From the NCBI GenBank assembly GCA_943787795.1, contig CALSNU010000003.1, positions 416,001 to 480,000 of the forward strand: a DNA stretch of 64,000 bases, given 5' to 3'. The position numbers and the translations under genes were made by a program. Each line of letters opens with the position of its first letter. Positions within the stretch are counted from its first letter, which is position 1. This DNA comes from an uncultured bacterium. Lineage in GTDB: Bacteria; Planctomycetota; UBA1135; GCA-002686595. Positions 30,549 to 39,590 of this stretch are shown here, piece after piece. The notes under the pieces were generated by a model. That model saw only the letters and a list, made by a program, of their open reading frames with translations, had not been told where the DNA came from and made no database searches.

Positions 30549-31016
30549 ATGGGACCGAGCGAACTCTTCAACGCCGACGATCTCGTCCTGGGTTTCGACC
30601 CGGCCGACAAGTGGGAGGCGATTCACTCGCTCGTGGATCACCTCGTCGGGCGGGGGCGGCTGGCTCCCGATGCGGCGGAGCCCGTGCGTGAGGCGGTGCT
30701 CGCGCGGGAGCGCTCGATGTCCACGGGGATGGAGCTCGGCGTCGCGATCCCGCACGCGGCGGTGGACGACCTGCCTGAGATCGTCGGAGCCATGGGCGTC
30801 GTGCAGCGTGAGGGGGGCCTGGACTTCGAGTCCATCGACGGCCAGCCCACGAGGGTCGTGGTGCTGCTTGTGATCCCCAAGGCTCAAAAGCTCCTCCACA
30901 TTCGAACCCTCGCCGATATCGCCAGGGTGCTGGCCAAGGAGTCCGTGCGCGAGCGCCTCCTCGGCACGGCTGATGTTGAGGAAGCGCGGGCCGCGCTCAT
31001 CGCGGGCACCACCTGA
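30549..31016 (+). CDS. PTS EIIA type-2 (PtsN/fructose-type) domain protein
   Basis: ARERSMSTGMELGVAIPHA (phospho-His), DFESIDGQP, HIRTLADIAR. Confidence 0.92.
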   Translation: MGPSELFNADDLVLGFDPADKWEAIHSLVDHLVGRGRLAPDAAEPVREAVLARERSMSTGMELGVAIPHAAVDDLPEIVGAMGVVQREGGLDFESIDGQPTRVVVLLVIPKAQKLLHIRTLADIARVLAKESVRERLLGTADVEEARAALIAGTT

Positions 31017-31236
31017 GCGTGGGGCGCCCGGCCGCCGTGGCCGGGCATCGAGCAGGTGCTGCCTGGCTTCAGGCGCGTCGCGCCTGGTACCTGGCACGCA
31101 GCACCGGGCACCTGGTACGCGGCACCGGGCCGCTGGCCCTCGGCCGGCCGTTCGAGCCTGCGCGGGTCGAGGGCCGGCAGGGTCCCGTTCAGCCAGGCCC
31201 TCGGATCCTCGCTGGCGAGACTCGGTGCAGGAGTCT

Positions 31237-31300
31237 GGCGAATCCAACCCCAGGCGAATCCAACCCCAGGCGAATCCAACCCCAGGCGAACCCAAGCCCA
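31237..31300. repeat. 16-bp tandem repeat GGCGAATCCAACCCCA x3 plus one degenerate copy
   Basis: Exact copies at 31237, 31253 and 31269; variant at 31285. The same spacer holds a 19-bp duplication CAACAGTTCCGCCGTCGTC (31366-31403). Confidence 0.9.
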
Positions 31301-31477
31301 GGCGAGCGTCGAACCCCGGTGGGCGTCATGCCCGTTCGGCACAGCTCAACCGTTCAGCCGTCGCTCAACAGTTCCGCCGTCGTCCAACAGTTCCGCCGTC
31401 GTCTATCGGGTCGTCCGTCGACCCTTCGGTCGGCCGTCGCCCCTCCGTTCGGCAGTCGCCGCTTCGGTCGCGCGCCG

Positions 31478-32584
31478 TCAGTCGGACGTGGGACCGACCC
31501 AGTCACCGAGGCGCGCATTCACCATGGCCGAGATGGCATCCGCGGTCTGGCGATAGGTCTCCAGGGGGCCGCCGTAGGGGTCCGGCACGTCTCCGCCCTC
31601 CGGATCCAGGAGCTCAACGTTCGCGGCCGCGTTCCCTGGCAGCATCGAGAGCAGCGCGTCGCGGTGCGAGGCGGTCATGCAGTACACGCGGTCCTGATCC
31701 GCCACGAGTTCCGCCAGGGCCGGGGCCGAGCGGTGGTCTCCGAGGGCAATGCCGCGCTCGGCAAGGGTCGCGATGGCGTGGGGCGACGCGGGTGCGCCCG
31801 GGCCGGCATAGACCCCCGCGGAGCTGATACGGAAGCCGGACTCAGCCTCGTCGCCAGCTTGGAGTGCCTTCCGCAGGGCGGCGCGCGCCAGGGCCTCGGC
31901 CATGGGGCTGCGGCAGGTGTTGCCCGTGCAGACGAAAAGCAGCCTCTGGCCAGCTGTGCGCTTGATCTCTTCCATGGTGACGATGCCCTCTCTGAGCAGT
32001 TCTATCCCACCGGGCCCGAGGCGCGCCACCGTGGAGGCCTCACCAATCGCGCAGGGGCCCCCGTCGAGGATGGCCGCCAGCTCGTCGTCTTGGAACGTGG
32101 CTGCGACCTCCGCGGCGGTGGTGGCGGGCTCCTCGCCCGCTCGGTTGGCGCTCGTCATGACCACGGGGAAGGGTGCGGCGCCAAGAACCGCACGGGTGGC
32201 GTCGTGGGCCGGCGCGCGGACCCCTGTCCACCCATCGCTGGAGATCAACTCGAGCCCGGGCGCCGTTGAGCGCAGGACGAGGGTGAGGGGCCCGGGCCAG
32301 TATCGAGCGGTCGTCCGCTCCACCATGGCCGCGAGGGCCACGCTGCCCGAGAGGTCCCCTGGGCCACCGACGTGCCAGGTATAGGGCCGAGTCTCGACGG
32401 AGCCCTTGATGGCTGCGAGGCTCGCCAAGGCCCCGGGCCGGTCCGCGCGGGCGGCGAGCCCGTACACCGTCTCGGTCGGCATCGAAATCACGGACTCTGA
32501 CTCCAGAGCCCGGACCAGGCGCTGGATCACGTCTGCGGCCGGGCGCTGGCCCGCAGGGACGGGGAGGTGCTGCGACTCGCTCAA
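31478..32584 (-). CDS. tsaC: Fusion of L-threonylcarbamoyladenylate synthase (TsaC/Sua5-YrdC) and a low-molecular-weight (YwlE-like) phosphatase
   Basis: N-part: MPTETVYGL, YWPGPLTLVL, TSANRAG, ILDGG, ASTV, LLREG. C-part: FVCTGNTCRSPMAE, SSAGV, DVPDPYGG. Confidence 0.9.
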   Translation of the reverse strand: MSESQHLPVPAGQRPAADVIQRLVRALESESVISMPTETVYGLAARADRPGALASLAAIKGSVETRPYTWHVGGPGDLSGSVALAAMVERTTARYWPGPLTLVLRSTAPGLELISSDGWTGVRAPAHDATRAVLGAAPFPVVMTSANRAGEEPATTAAEVAATFQDDELAAILDGGPCAIGEASTVARLGPGGIELLREGIVTMEEIKRTAGQRLLFVCTGNTCRSPMAEALARAALRKALQAGDEAESGFRISSAGVYAGPGAPASPHAIATLAERGIALGDHRSAPALAELVADQDRVYCMTASHRDALLSMLPGNAAANVELLDPEGGDVPDPYGGPLETYRQTADAISAMVNARLGDWVGPTSD

Positions 32585-32673
32585 AGGAAGGGCACGGGGA
32601 CGCCGTGTCCGGTTAGTCTGCCGCCGGGCCGCCGCGCTTCGCGACGTTTTTGGTCGATCCGCCGGCCCCAGAC

Positions 32674-33507
32674 ATGGAAGAGGAGATCGATTGGGATAGC
32701 CGGCCTCCCTCGGGGCCCGAGGGAGAGGTCAGCGGGCGTCGGCGGATGCTCGCGCGCCTGGCGGGTGGGCTCGCCCATGAGATCAAGAACCCCCTGTCGA
32801 CCATGGCGATCAACCTGACCCTCCTGGAGGAGGAGTTCCAGCCCGCGCCTGGGGGAGACGGCGGTCAGTCGCCCGCGGAGAAGCGCTCGCTCAAGCGGGT
32901 CAAGACCCTCCAGCGCGAGGTGACGCGCCTCGAGGGCATCCTCGAGGACTTCCTGCGCTTCGTGCGTGGTGGCGACATCAACCGGGCGCCCTCGGACCTG
33001 GTGTCCCTGGTCCGCGACGCCCTTGAGTTCGCCGAGCCGGAGCTCGAGGCCGAGGGGGTCCGGCTGCACGCCTTGCTGCCCGGCTCCCTCCCGCTGGTGA
33101 TGCTCGATGAGGGCACCTTCCGGCAGGCCCTACTCAACCTGATCGTGAACGCTCGCCAGGCCATGCCGGGGGGCGGGGAGCTCATCGTGGAGCTGCGCCG
33201 TGAGGGGCCGCGAGCGGAGCTGACGATCACCGACTCGGGGGTCGGGATGTCTCCCGATCAGCTCGAGCGGTGCTTCGACCTCTACTATTCGACCAAGCGC
33301 AACGGCACCGGGCTCGGGCTCGCCACGGTGAAGCGGATCATCGAGATGCACGACGGTGAGATCGGGGTCATGAGCGAGGAGGGGCGCGGGACGCGCTTCG
33401 TGCTCTGGCTTCCGCTCCTGCAGGAGATCAGGCCCACGCGGACCGAACCTCAACCATCAGAACCGGCGGGCCAGGATACGGCCGGCTCAGGAGGCAGCGA
33501 TGACTGA
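32674..33507 (+). CDS. Cytoplasmic sensor histidine kinase (HisKA + HATPase, no TM or sensor domain)
   Basis: LAHEIKNPL H-box, NLIVNARQAM N-box, DSGVGM, GTGLGL, GRGTRF. Start 32674 (ATG) or 32650. Confidence 0.92.
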   Translation: MEEEIDWDSRPPSGPEGEVSGRRRMLARLAGGLAHEIKNPLSTMAINLTLLEEEFQPAPGGDGGQSPAEKRSLKRVKTLQREVTRLEGILEDFLRFVRGGDINRAPSDLVSLVRDALEFAEPELEAEGVRLHALLPGSLPLVMLDEGTFRQALLNLIVNARQAMPGGGELIVELRREGPRAELTITDSGVGMSPDQLERCFDLYYSTKRNGTGLGLATVKRIIEMHDGEIGVMSEEGRGTRFVLWLPLLQEIRPTRTEPQPSEPAGQDTAGSGGSDD

Positions 33508-34909
33508 CGAGAGCGCGGGCAAGATCCTCATCATTGACGACGACGAGGGGCACGGCGAGGCCCTCGGGGACGGGCTCGAGATCGACGGATACGAGTGCGT
33601 CATCGTTGGCTCGGGAGGCGCGGGTGTAGCGGCGCTGGAGGAGGGTGCCTACGACGCGGTCTTGACGGACCTCGTGATGCACGATCGCTCCGGGCTCGAG
33701 GTCCTCCAGGAGGCGAAGCGCCTGACCCCCGACACGCCGGTGCTCCTGATCACCGGCCACGCGACGGTGGAGACCGCCGTGGACGCCATGCGCGAGGGCG
33801 CTGAGGACTACCTGAGCAAGCCCGTCAAGCTGGCGGAGCTCCGGGCGAAGCTCTCAAGGGCGATCGAGAAGGGGCGGCTGCGCCGCGACAACGAGTCGCT
33901 CCGCTCCGAGAACGTCGAGCTGCGCCGGCAGTTCGACAAGAGCTTCGGCTTCGATGGGCTGCGCGGGCACTCCAAGGAGATGACGCGCGTCTTTGAGATC
34001 CTCGCCCGTGTGGCTCCCACCAACGCGACCGTGCTCGTGCTCGGCGAGAGCGGGACCGGGAAGGAGCTCATCGCCCGGGCGATCCACACCAACAGCGACC
34101 GGCGCGATCAGAACTTCGTGGCGGTCAACTGCGCGGCGCTGACCGATGGGCTCATCGAGTCCGAGCTCTTCGGCCATGTGAAGGGAGCCTTCACGGGGGC
34201 GGTGAGCGACAAGGAGGGGCGAGTCGCCTACGCCGACGGCGGGACCCTCTTCCTGGATGAGATCGGCGACATGCCCCTGGCGACGCAGGCCAAGCTCCTG
34301 CGGGTGCTCGAGGCGAGGGAAGTCGTGCAGGTGGGCGGCAACGACCCCCGATCCGTGGACATCCGCCTGGTGGCGGCCACCAATCGAAACCTGCGGGAGA
34401 TGGTCCAGGACGGCGAGTTCCGCGAGGACCTCTTCCATCGGCTCCAGGTGGTCGAGCTCATGCTCCCGCCGCTCCGCGAGCGCACCGGAGACGTGCCGCT
34501 CCTGATCGACCACTTCATCGAGGAGTTCCGGGATCTGCACGGCCGCCAGGTGGACGGGATCTCACCCGAGGCGCGCGCGCTGCTGGCGCGGTACCGGTGG
34601 CCCGGGAACGTCCGTGAGCTCCGCAATGCGGTGGAGAACATGGTGCTCCTCGCCGGCGGGGTCATGCTCTCGGTCGACGACGTCCCCGAGTCGATACGGG
34701 CGGCCACCGGCGTCAGCGGAGGGGACACCGGCACGGCGGCCGGTGTGGGCGGCTACGACCTGGCCGGCCGGTCCCTGGATGAAGTGGAGCGCGCGTTGAT
34801 CCGGGCGAACCTCGAGCTCATGGACGGCAACCGCAAGAAGGCGGCCGAGGTCATGGGGATCGGCGAGCGGACGCTCTATCGCAAGATCAAGGAGTACGGG
34901 CTCTCCTAG
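33500..34909 (+). CDS. Sigma-54-dependent NtrC-family response regulator
   Basis: Receiver (IIDDD, TDLVM, KP), GESGTGKE, ESELFGHVKGAFTGA, LFLDEIG, WPGNVRELRN, Fis-type HTH (GNRKKAAEVMGIGERTLYRK). Confidence 0.96.
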   Translation: MTDESAGKILIIDDDEGHGEALGDGLEIDGYECVIVGSGGAGVAALEEGAYDAVLTDLVMHDRSGLEVLQEAKRLTPDTPVLLITGHATVETAVDAMREGAEDYLSKPVKLAELRAKLSRAIEKGRLRRDNESLRSENVELRRQFDKSFGFDGLRGHSKEMTRVFEILARVAPTNATVLVLGESGTGKELIARAIHTNSDRRDQNFVAVNCAALTDGLIESELFGHVKGAFTGAVSDKEGRVAYADGGTLFLDEIGDMPLATQAKLLRVLEAREVVQVGGNDPRSVDIRLVAATNRNLREMVQDGEFREDLFHRLQVVELMLPPLRERTGDVPLLIDHFIEEFRDLHGRQVDGISPEARALLARYRWPGNVRELRNAVENMVLLAGGVMLSVDDVPESIRAATGVSGGDTGTAAGVGGYDLAGRSLDEVERALIRANLELMDGNRKKAAEVMGIGERTLYRKIKEYGLS

Positions 34910-35436
34910 GCTTTCCCGCGCTGATCGAGGTTCACGCCGCGGGAGCGAAAGATCTTCCAGGAGCCTCGCTCCAGGCGCAGGTCGAGCTCCGCCTCGAAGT
35001 TCCAGTAGGGCTCGGCGGGTTGTCCGAGCGCGCCCTTCCTCAGCAGAACCTTGACGCGGACCGTGCAGGTCTCCTCAGCGCGATCGCGGTCGACGCTGCT
35101 GCTATTGACGCTGCCGCTATCAAAGCTGCCGCCGTCCCCGCTGGGGAGGAATTCAATCCAGGTGGCCGCATCAATCTCGGGGACCAGGTCCCCGCCCCCG
35201 TCGCGGAGGGCCGAGCGGAGGTCACGCCGCTCCGTCCCGGTGTCCTCGTCCATGTAGGACCGCGACACGAAGCGCCTGACGCGCTCCTGATCGTCCTCCT
35301 GAATCGCCTCAACCAGGGCGCTCAGCTGCCTCCGAACCTGGACCTCACGGTCACCGAGCCCGGCCAGGATCCGGGAGCCCCCGAAGACCAGGAGGAGCAG
35401 GCCGCAAAGGGACCATGCGAGGGTCGAGAATCTCAT
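34906..35436 (-). CDS. Hypothetical exported or membrane-anchored protein (possibly NTF2-like)
   Basis: ATG 35436, N-terminal hydrophobic helix, C-terminal LRLERGSWKI. Confidence 0.55.
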   Translation of the reverse strand: MRFSTLAWSLCGLLLLVFGGSRILAGLGDREVQVRRQLSALVEAIQEDDQERVRRFVSRSYMDEDTGTERRDLRSALRDGGGDLVPEIDAATWIEFLPSGDGGSFDSGSVNSSSVDRDRAEETCTVRVKVLLRKGALGQPAEPYWNFEAELDLRLERGSWKIFRSRGVNLDQRGKA

Positions 35437-35763
35437 GACGATCAGGGGCGTAGCGGGGCGAGGCGGGGGACGGGGCGTTGAGAGCGGAGGCGAATCGGCG
35501 CTCCGAGCAGGGTAGACTTCCGACGCGTCGAGCGATCCCGTCGGGTGTCTCAATTCGGCGGCCGCGCTCCCGGAGGAGCTCCGAAGACGGATGATCCGCA
35601 CGTACCCACAAACCGGTCCCTGGCGCCTGCCCGTCGGTCGCGATGGGGGCCAAGCGCTCGCGCCGCGGGCGACAGGCAAGGGGGAGAGCGCGGGCGCCCG
35701 GCTGGCCTCATCGCGGTGCCGGCATGCCCTCAGGTCCGCGTCGGTATCGGGAGGGGCTGAGCC

Positions 35764-36558
35764 GTGTTGAACAAGGTCCAAAGGCTCTTCGACAAGGTCA
35801 GGCGCCGCTTCGCCCCCGAAGTGCCGACCCGCTCCCTCAGCGAGTGGGAGGCCCGCCACGAGGAGACGGTCCGGACGTCGGTGGAGGCGGTGCTGCCGTA
35901 CCTTCCTGAGGAGGGCATGTTCCTCGATATTGGCGCGAACATCGGGATCTTCACGCGCCTGCTTCGTGAGGCCCGCCCCTCAGCCACGGGAATCCTCTTC
36001 GAGCCGGTGGCGCGCTACGCCGAGATCTGCCGGGAGCGGTTCTCCGGTGACGACGGGATCGAGGTGGTCCACGCGGCGATGGGGGACGAGGACGCGGTCC
36101 GGACGATCTACAAGGCCGCGCATAACTACGGCGCCAACTCGCTGATGACCGAGATCATGTTCGATCGGCGCCCGAACTCGGCGGTACGTCCCGACACCGT
36201 GATCGAGGAGGAAGAGATCCAGCTCGTGCACGGTTCTCGGTGGCTCCTCGGGCGGGGGATCGAGCACGTGGACATGATCAAGACCGACACGGAGGGCTAC
36301 GACTACGCGGTCCTTGACGGCCTGAGGGAGTGGCTCGTGAAGACCGGTTGCCGCCCGGTGCTGCACGTGGAGCTCCTGGCCGAGGACTATCACCCGCTCG
36401 CAGACCGGCAGCGCCAGGCGCTGGACGCCTATGTCCCCCTTGGCTATCAGGCGGTGGACCTCGAGCGGGACCTCTCCGGGACGGTCGGGGACGTGTTGCT
36501 GATTCCGGGTGAGCGGTCGTCGGAGATGGCGCCGCAGGGAAGCGCGCCGCAGTCATGA
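35764..36558 (+). CDS. FkbM-family methyltransferase
   Basis: FLDIGANIG, LFEP, MIKTDTEGYDYAVLDG. Confidence 0.9.
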   Translation: MLNKVQRLFDKVRRRFAPEVPTRSLSEWEARHEETVRTSVEAVLPYLPEEGMFLDIGANIGIFTRLLREARPSATGILFEPVARYAEICRERFSGDDGIEVVHAAMGDEDAVRTIYKAAHNYGANSLMTEIMFDRRPNSAVRPDTVIEEEEIQLVHGSRWLLGRGIEHVDMIKTDTEGYDYAVLDGLREWLVKTGCRPVLHVELLAEDYHPLADRQRQALDAYVPLGYQAVDLERDLSGTVGDVLLIPGERSSEMAPQGSAPQS

Positions 36559-37913
36559 GCCCCGGCGGCCCCTCCTGGGCGCGTCGGGCGCTGGGCAGCC
36601 GGTTCTTCCGGGAGTCCAGCACGTTGCAGGTTGGGGCCCTGCTGGTGGCCGTGAGCAACTTCATCGGGGCGGTGGTGATGACCCACGTCCTCGGTGCGTA
36701 CGAGCTCTCCATCTTCTATCTCGGCGTGAGCTGCTACTCGCTGCTCTGGGCGCTCCTGAACCTCGGTCTCGCCAACGTCGTGACGAAGCGGATCGCGGCC
36801 GCGATCCGGAGCGGCTCCGAGGACATGATCCTCGGCTGGATGGGGGTGTTCCTCCGCCTGTCGGTGCTGCTGGCCCTTGGCGCCTTGGCCGTGGGCTTGC
36901 TCGTATTTCCGGCCGGAGCCCGGTTCGCCTTCGATGGGGATGGGGATCGCATCGCGCGGCTCGCCAGCGCCCTCGTGCTGATCCCGCTCCTCGACGTGCT
37001 CCGAATTGTCTGCTGCGCAGCCCTGCAGGGAGAGCGCCGGATGGCCGCCCTCGCGCGGGTGGATATGGGCCATGAGCTGTGCCGGCTGGTGCTCGTGGTC
37101 TCGGGGGCGCTGGCCTTCGGGGACGCCTGGGGCGCGGTGCTGGGGCTGCTCGCCTCCTCGGTCTGCGGCAGCCTGCTGGCGCTGGACGCCTACGTTCGTG
37201 AGAGAAGGCGAGCGGGCTCCCTCCTCCCGCCGCTCCTGGGCGCCGCGCGCTCCACGGTCGTCCCCGCCCGGGACGCGCTCCGCGAGGGGGTCCAGGTCGG
37301 GCTCGTTCGCAACGTCGACTCGCTCGGGGTGCAGACCCTGCCGACGCTCATCCTCGGGAGCCTCGGCGATCCCGGCTGGGTCGCCTACCTGCGGATCGCG
37401 CAACGCATGGTCTCGGTGGCCCGGGTGGTCATGCAGGGGATCAATCGAACCGCGCTGCCTGCGCTCTCGCAGCTCGCCGGCGTGAGGGACGTCGCCGGGC
37501 TCCGGAGCACCTATTGGCGAGCGAGCCTGCTCTCCGGCGTGACCATCTCGCTCGGTCTGCTGCTTGTTCTCCCGGCGCTGCCGTTCCTGCTCCCCCGGCT
37601 CTTCCCAGCGGACTTCGTCGAGCCCCTGTGGACCATGGTGCTCATCCTGACCCCGGGTCTCTGCATCGTCAGCTTCTCCGTGGCCAATGACGTCTTCTAT
37701 CTGGTCACAGACCAGATGGGCGTGGCGATCAAGCTCTCGCTCCTCGGGCTCGTGGTCAACACGGCTCAGGTTGCGTTCTTCGCCTGGTGGATGCCGACCA
37801 TCGGGGTGGCTATCGGCCTCACCGTGACCTGCCTCTGGAGCCTCGTTCACGTTGCCTACGCCTGGCTCTGGTTCAGGCGCCACCCCGAGCTGCAGCCCAG
37901 CATCGCCCGATGA
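36555..37913 (+). CDS. Oligosaccharide flippase (Wzx/MOP family)
   Basis: About 12 TM helices, LNLGL, ALPALSQ; coupled to neighbours by ATGA overlaps. Confidence 0.8.
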   Translation: MSPGGPSWARRALGSRFFRESSTLQVGALLVAVSNFIGAVVMTHVLGAYELSIFYLGVSCYSLLWALLNLGLANVVTKRIAAAIRSGSEDMILGWMGVFLRLSVLLALGALAVGLLVFPAGARFAFDGDGDRIARLASALVLIPLLDVLRIVCCAALQGERRMAALARVDMGHELCRLVLVVSGALAFGDAWGAVLGLLASSVCGSLLALDAYVRERRRAGSLLPPLLGAARSTVVPARDALREGVQVGLVRNVDSLGVQTLPTLILGSLGDPGWVAYLRIAQRMVSVARVVMQGINRTALPALSQLAGVRDVAGLRSTYWRASLLSGVTISLGLLLVLPALPFLLPRLFPADFVEPLWTMVLILTPGLCIVSFSVANDVFYLVTDQMGVAIKLSLLGLVVNTAQVAFFAWWMPTIGVAIGLTVTCLWSLVHVAYAWLWFRRHPELQPSIAR

Positions 37914-38623
37914 CCGACCCCTTCGGAGCCGCTGAGGCCGTCCTCTTTGATCTGGACGGGACGCTCTATCGCCTCGCGCCCATGCGCCGGCGGATGCTCT
38001 TCGAGCTTCTGCGCTGGGGGATGATTCATCCCGTCGCCTTCCCCCGATTGATGCGATGCCTGCGCGAGTTTCGCTCCGCGCGCGAGGGTTTGCGGGACTT
38101 CGCTGGAGACGCTGAGGCCCTCGCCGATGTCCAGTTCGAGGTCCCCGCGAAGCGCCTGGGGGTCCCGGCGGAGGAGCTCCGTGAAATGGTCGAGGAGTGG
38201 ATGTTTCGCCGGCCCTTACCGTTCCTGGGGGGAGCCGCCTGGCCGGGCCTCCGAGGGGTGCTCCTTGAGCTGAAGGGGGCTGGAATGCGCCTGGGGGTCT
38301 TCTCGGACTACGCTCCGGAGCGGAAGCTGGAGGCGCTTGGAGTCCGTGATCTGTTCGACGTGGCCCTGGCGGCCACCGACCCGGAGGTGAATCGCTTCAA
38401 GCCGGACCCCCGCGGGTTCGTCGTCGGGGCGGCGAGGTTGGGAGTGGCGCCCACCAAGACCGTCTATGTCGGGGATCGGGCCGACGTGGACGGGGTCGGT
38501 GCGGAGGCCGCTGGGATGGCGAGCGTGATCCTCGCGGGCGCCGACGGCGTTGGCCCACGCTCGATCACGATCCGTGAACTGGGCCAAGTGGTGGCTCTCC
38601 TCACGGGGTCCTCCAAGGGGTGA
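37910..38623 (+). CDS. HAD-superfamily hydrolase
   Basis: LFDLDGTLY motif I, VFSD, FKPDPRGF, YVGDRADVD. Confidence 0.9.
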   Translation: MTDPFGAAEAVLFDLDGTLYRLAPMRRRMLFELLRWGMIHPVAFPRLMRCLREFRSAREGLRDFAGDAEALADVQFEVPAKRLGVPAEELREMVEEWMFRRPLPFLGGAAWPGLRGVLLELKGAGMRLGVFSDYAPERKLEALGVRDLFDVALAATDPEVNRFKPDPRGFVVGAARLGVAPTKTVYVGDRADVDGVGAEAAGMASVILAGADGVGPRSITIRELGQVVALLTGSSKG

Positions 38624-38902
38624 GTTCGGGAGCAACGGAGGGTTAGTTCCGGGGCAGGTCAGGGGCGGCCCACCATCTGGGGCGCCAGCAAGGCGTAGTG
38701 GCGCCCTGCGGCGGCGGTGGCTGGGTCGCAGCCTGAGGGAGGGCAAAAAGGCCGGGTCGAGGACCCCCGCTGCGGTGAGCCCTGACGGATGGGTTGTTCA
38801 GCGCGGGCGTAACTCGCGCTCGTCCCTGAAGTAGAACTGCTGCCACCGTCGCGGCGAGGCGAGCACTCGCGGAGCGGGGCTGTGGTAGAACGGGTAGATC
38901 GC

Positions 38903-39451
38903 ATGAGTGGCTTCAAGAAACTGGGCTCGAAGGGCAACGTGGTGCACCGCGTGGTGCTTCCTGGCCCGACGAGAAGAGCAGGCGCCCGAGGTACCGGACG
39001 CAGCGGGGCGAGCCTGCGACGTCCAACCGCGGAATCGGAGGGCCGTTCCCCCTCGCTGCCGGCGGCGTGGGGACGCGGCAGGCCGGCCCCGCCGGTCAAT
39101 ACGCCGGTTGATGCGCCGGCCCCGGCGGCCGACTCGGCCGCCGCCCCGCGCTCGCCCTCTGAAGCTCGCCAAGGGCAGCGGGAAACCGAACTCCTTCAGC
39201 GGCGGATCGACAAGCTCTCGAAGTTGTTGACCGAACAAGAGGAGGAGATCCGGAGTCTCTCAGGTGCCCGTGGCCCCCGGCGGAGTCCCGAGTTCGATGA
39301 AGGGGCGGATGAAGAAGCGACGCCGGTCTACGACCTCGTGAAGCCGGGCGCGCCTGAGAGCCCGCGAGGCGAGAAGCGGCGCGCCTTCATGTCGAAGTTG
39401 TTCCAGGCCAACCTGGATCTTCGAGAAAGCGTCAACAAGTCGAGAGCCTGA
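38903..39451 (+). CDS. Hypothetical protein with coiled coil and C-terminal FQANLDL module, upstream of the actin gene
   Basis: ATG 38903; basic Pro/Ala-rich N-part; C-terminal part homologous to the C-terminus of 46923-47957. Confidence 0.75.
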   Translation: MSGFKKLGSKGNVVHRVVLPGPTRRAGARGTGRSGASLRRPTAESEGRSPSLPAAWGRGRPAPPVNTPVDAPAPAADSAAAPRSPSEARQGQRETELLQRRIDKLSKLLTEQEEEIRSLSGARGPRRSPEFDEGADEEATPVYDLVKPGAPESPRGEKRRAFMSKLFQANLDLRESVNKSRA

Positions 39452-39590
39452 GCCGATCAGGGCTGGGCAGGCGGCCCCCGCCGACGTTCTCGCTGCGGCC
39501 CTTTTCCGCGAGGCCTTCACACGCCATGCTAAGGCATCGCGCAGGCAGGCCGGTTCTTCGCGCGACGGTAGGGGGCACCACCCAAACAAC

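Noticed and set aside
31019..31477. Protein-coding gene or MITE in the EIIA-tsaC spacer
   Set aside because: ORFs here are low-complexity translations of tandem repeats; no terminal inverted repeats or target-site duplication were seen.
38720..38790. c-di-GMP-I riboswitch upstream of the actin locus (GGGCAAAAA...)
   Set aside because: Only the GGCAAA-like seed matches; the GNRA/receptor stems and the rest of the consensus could not be built.
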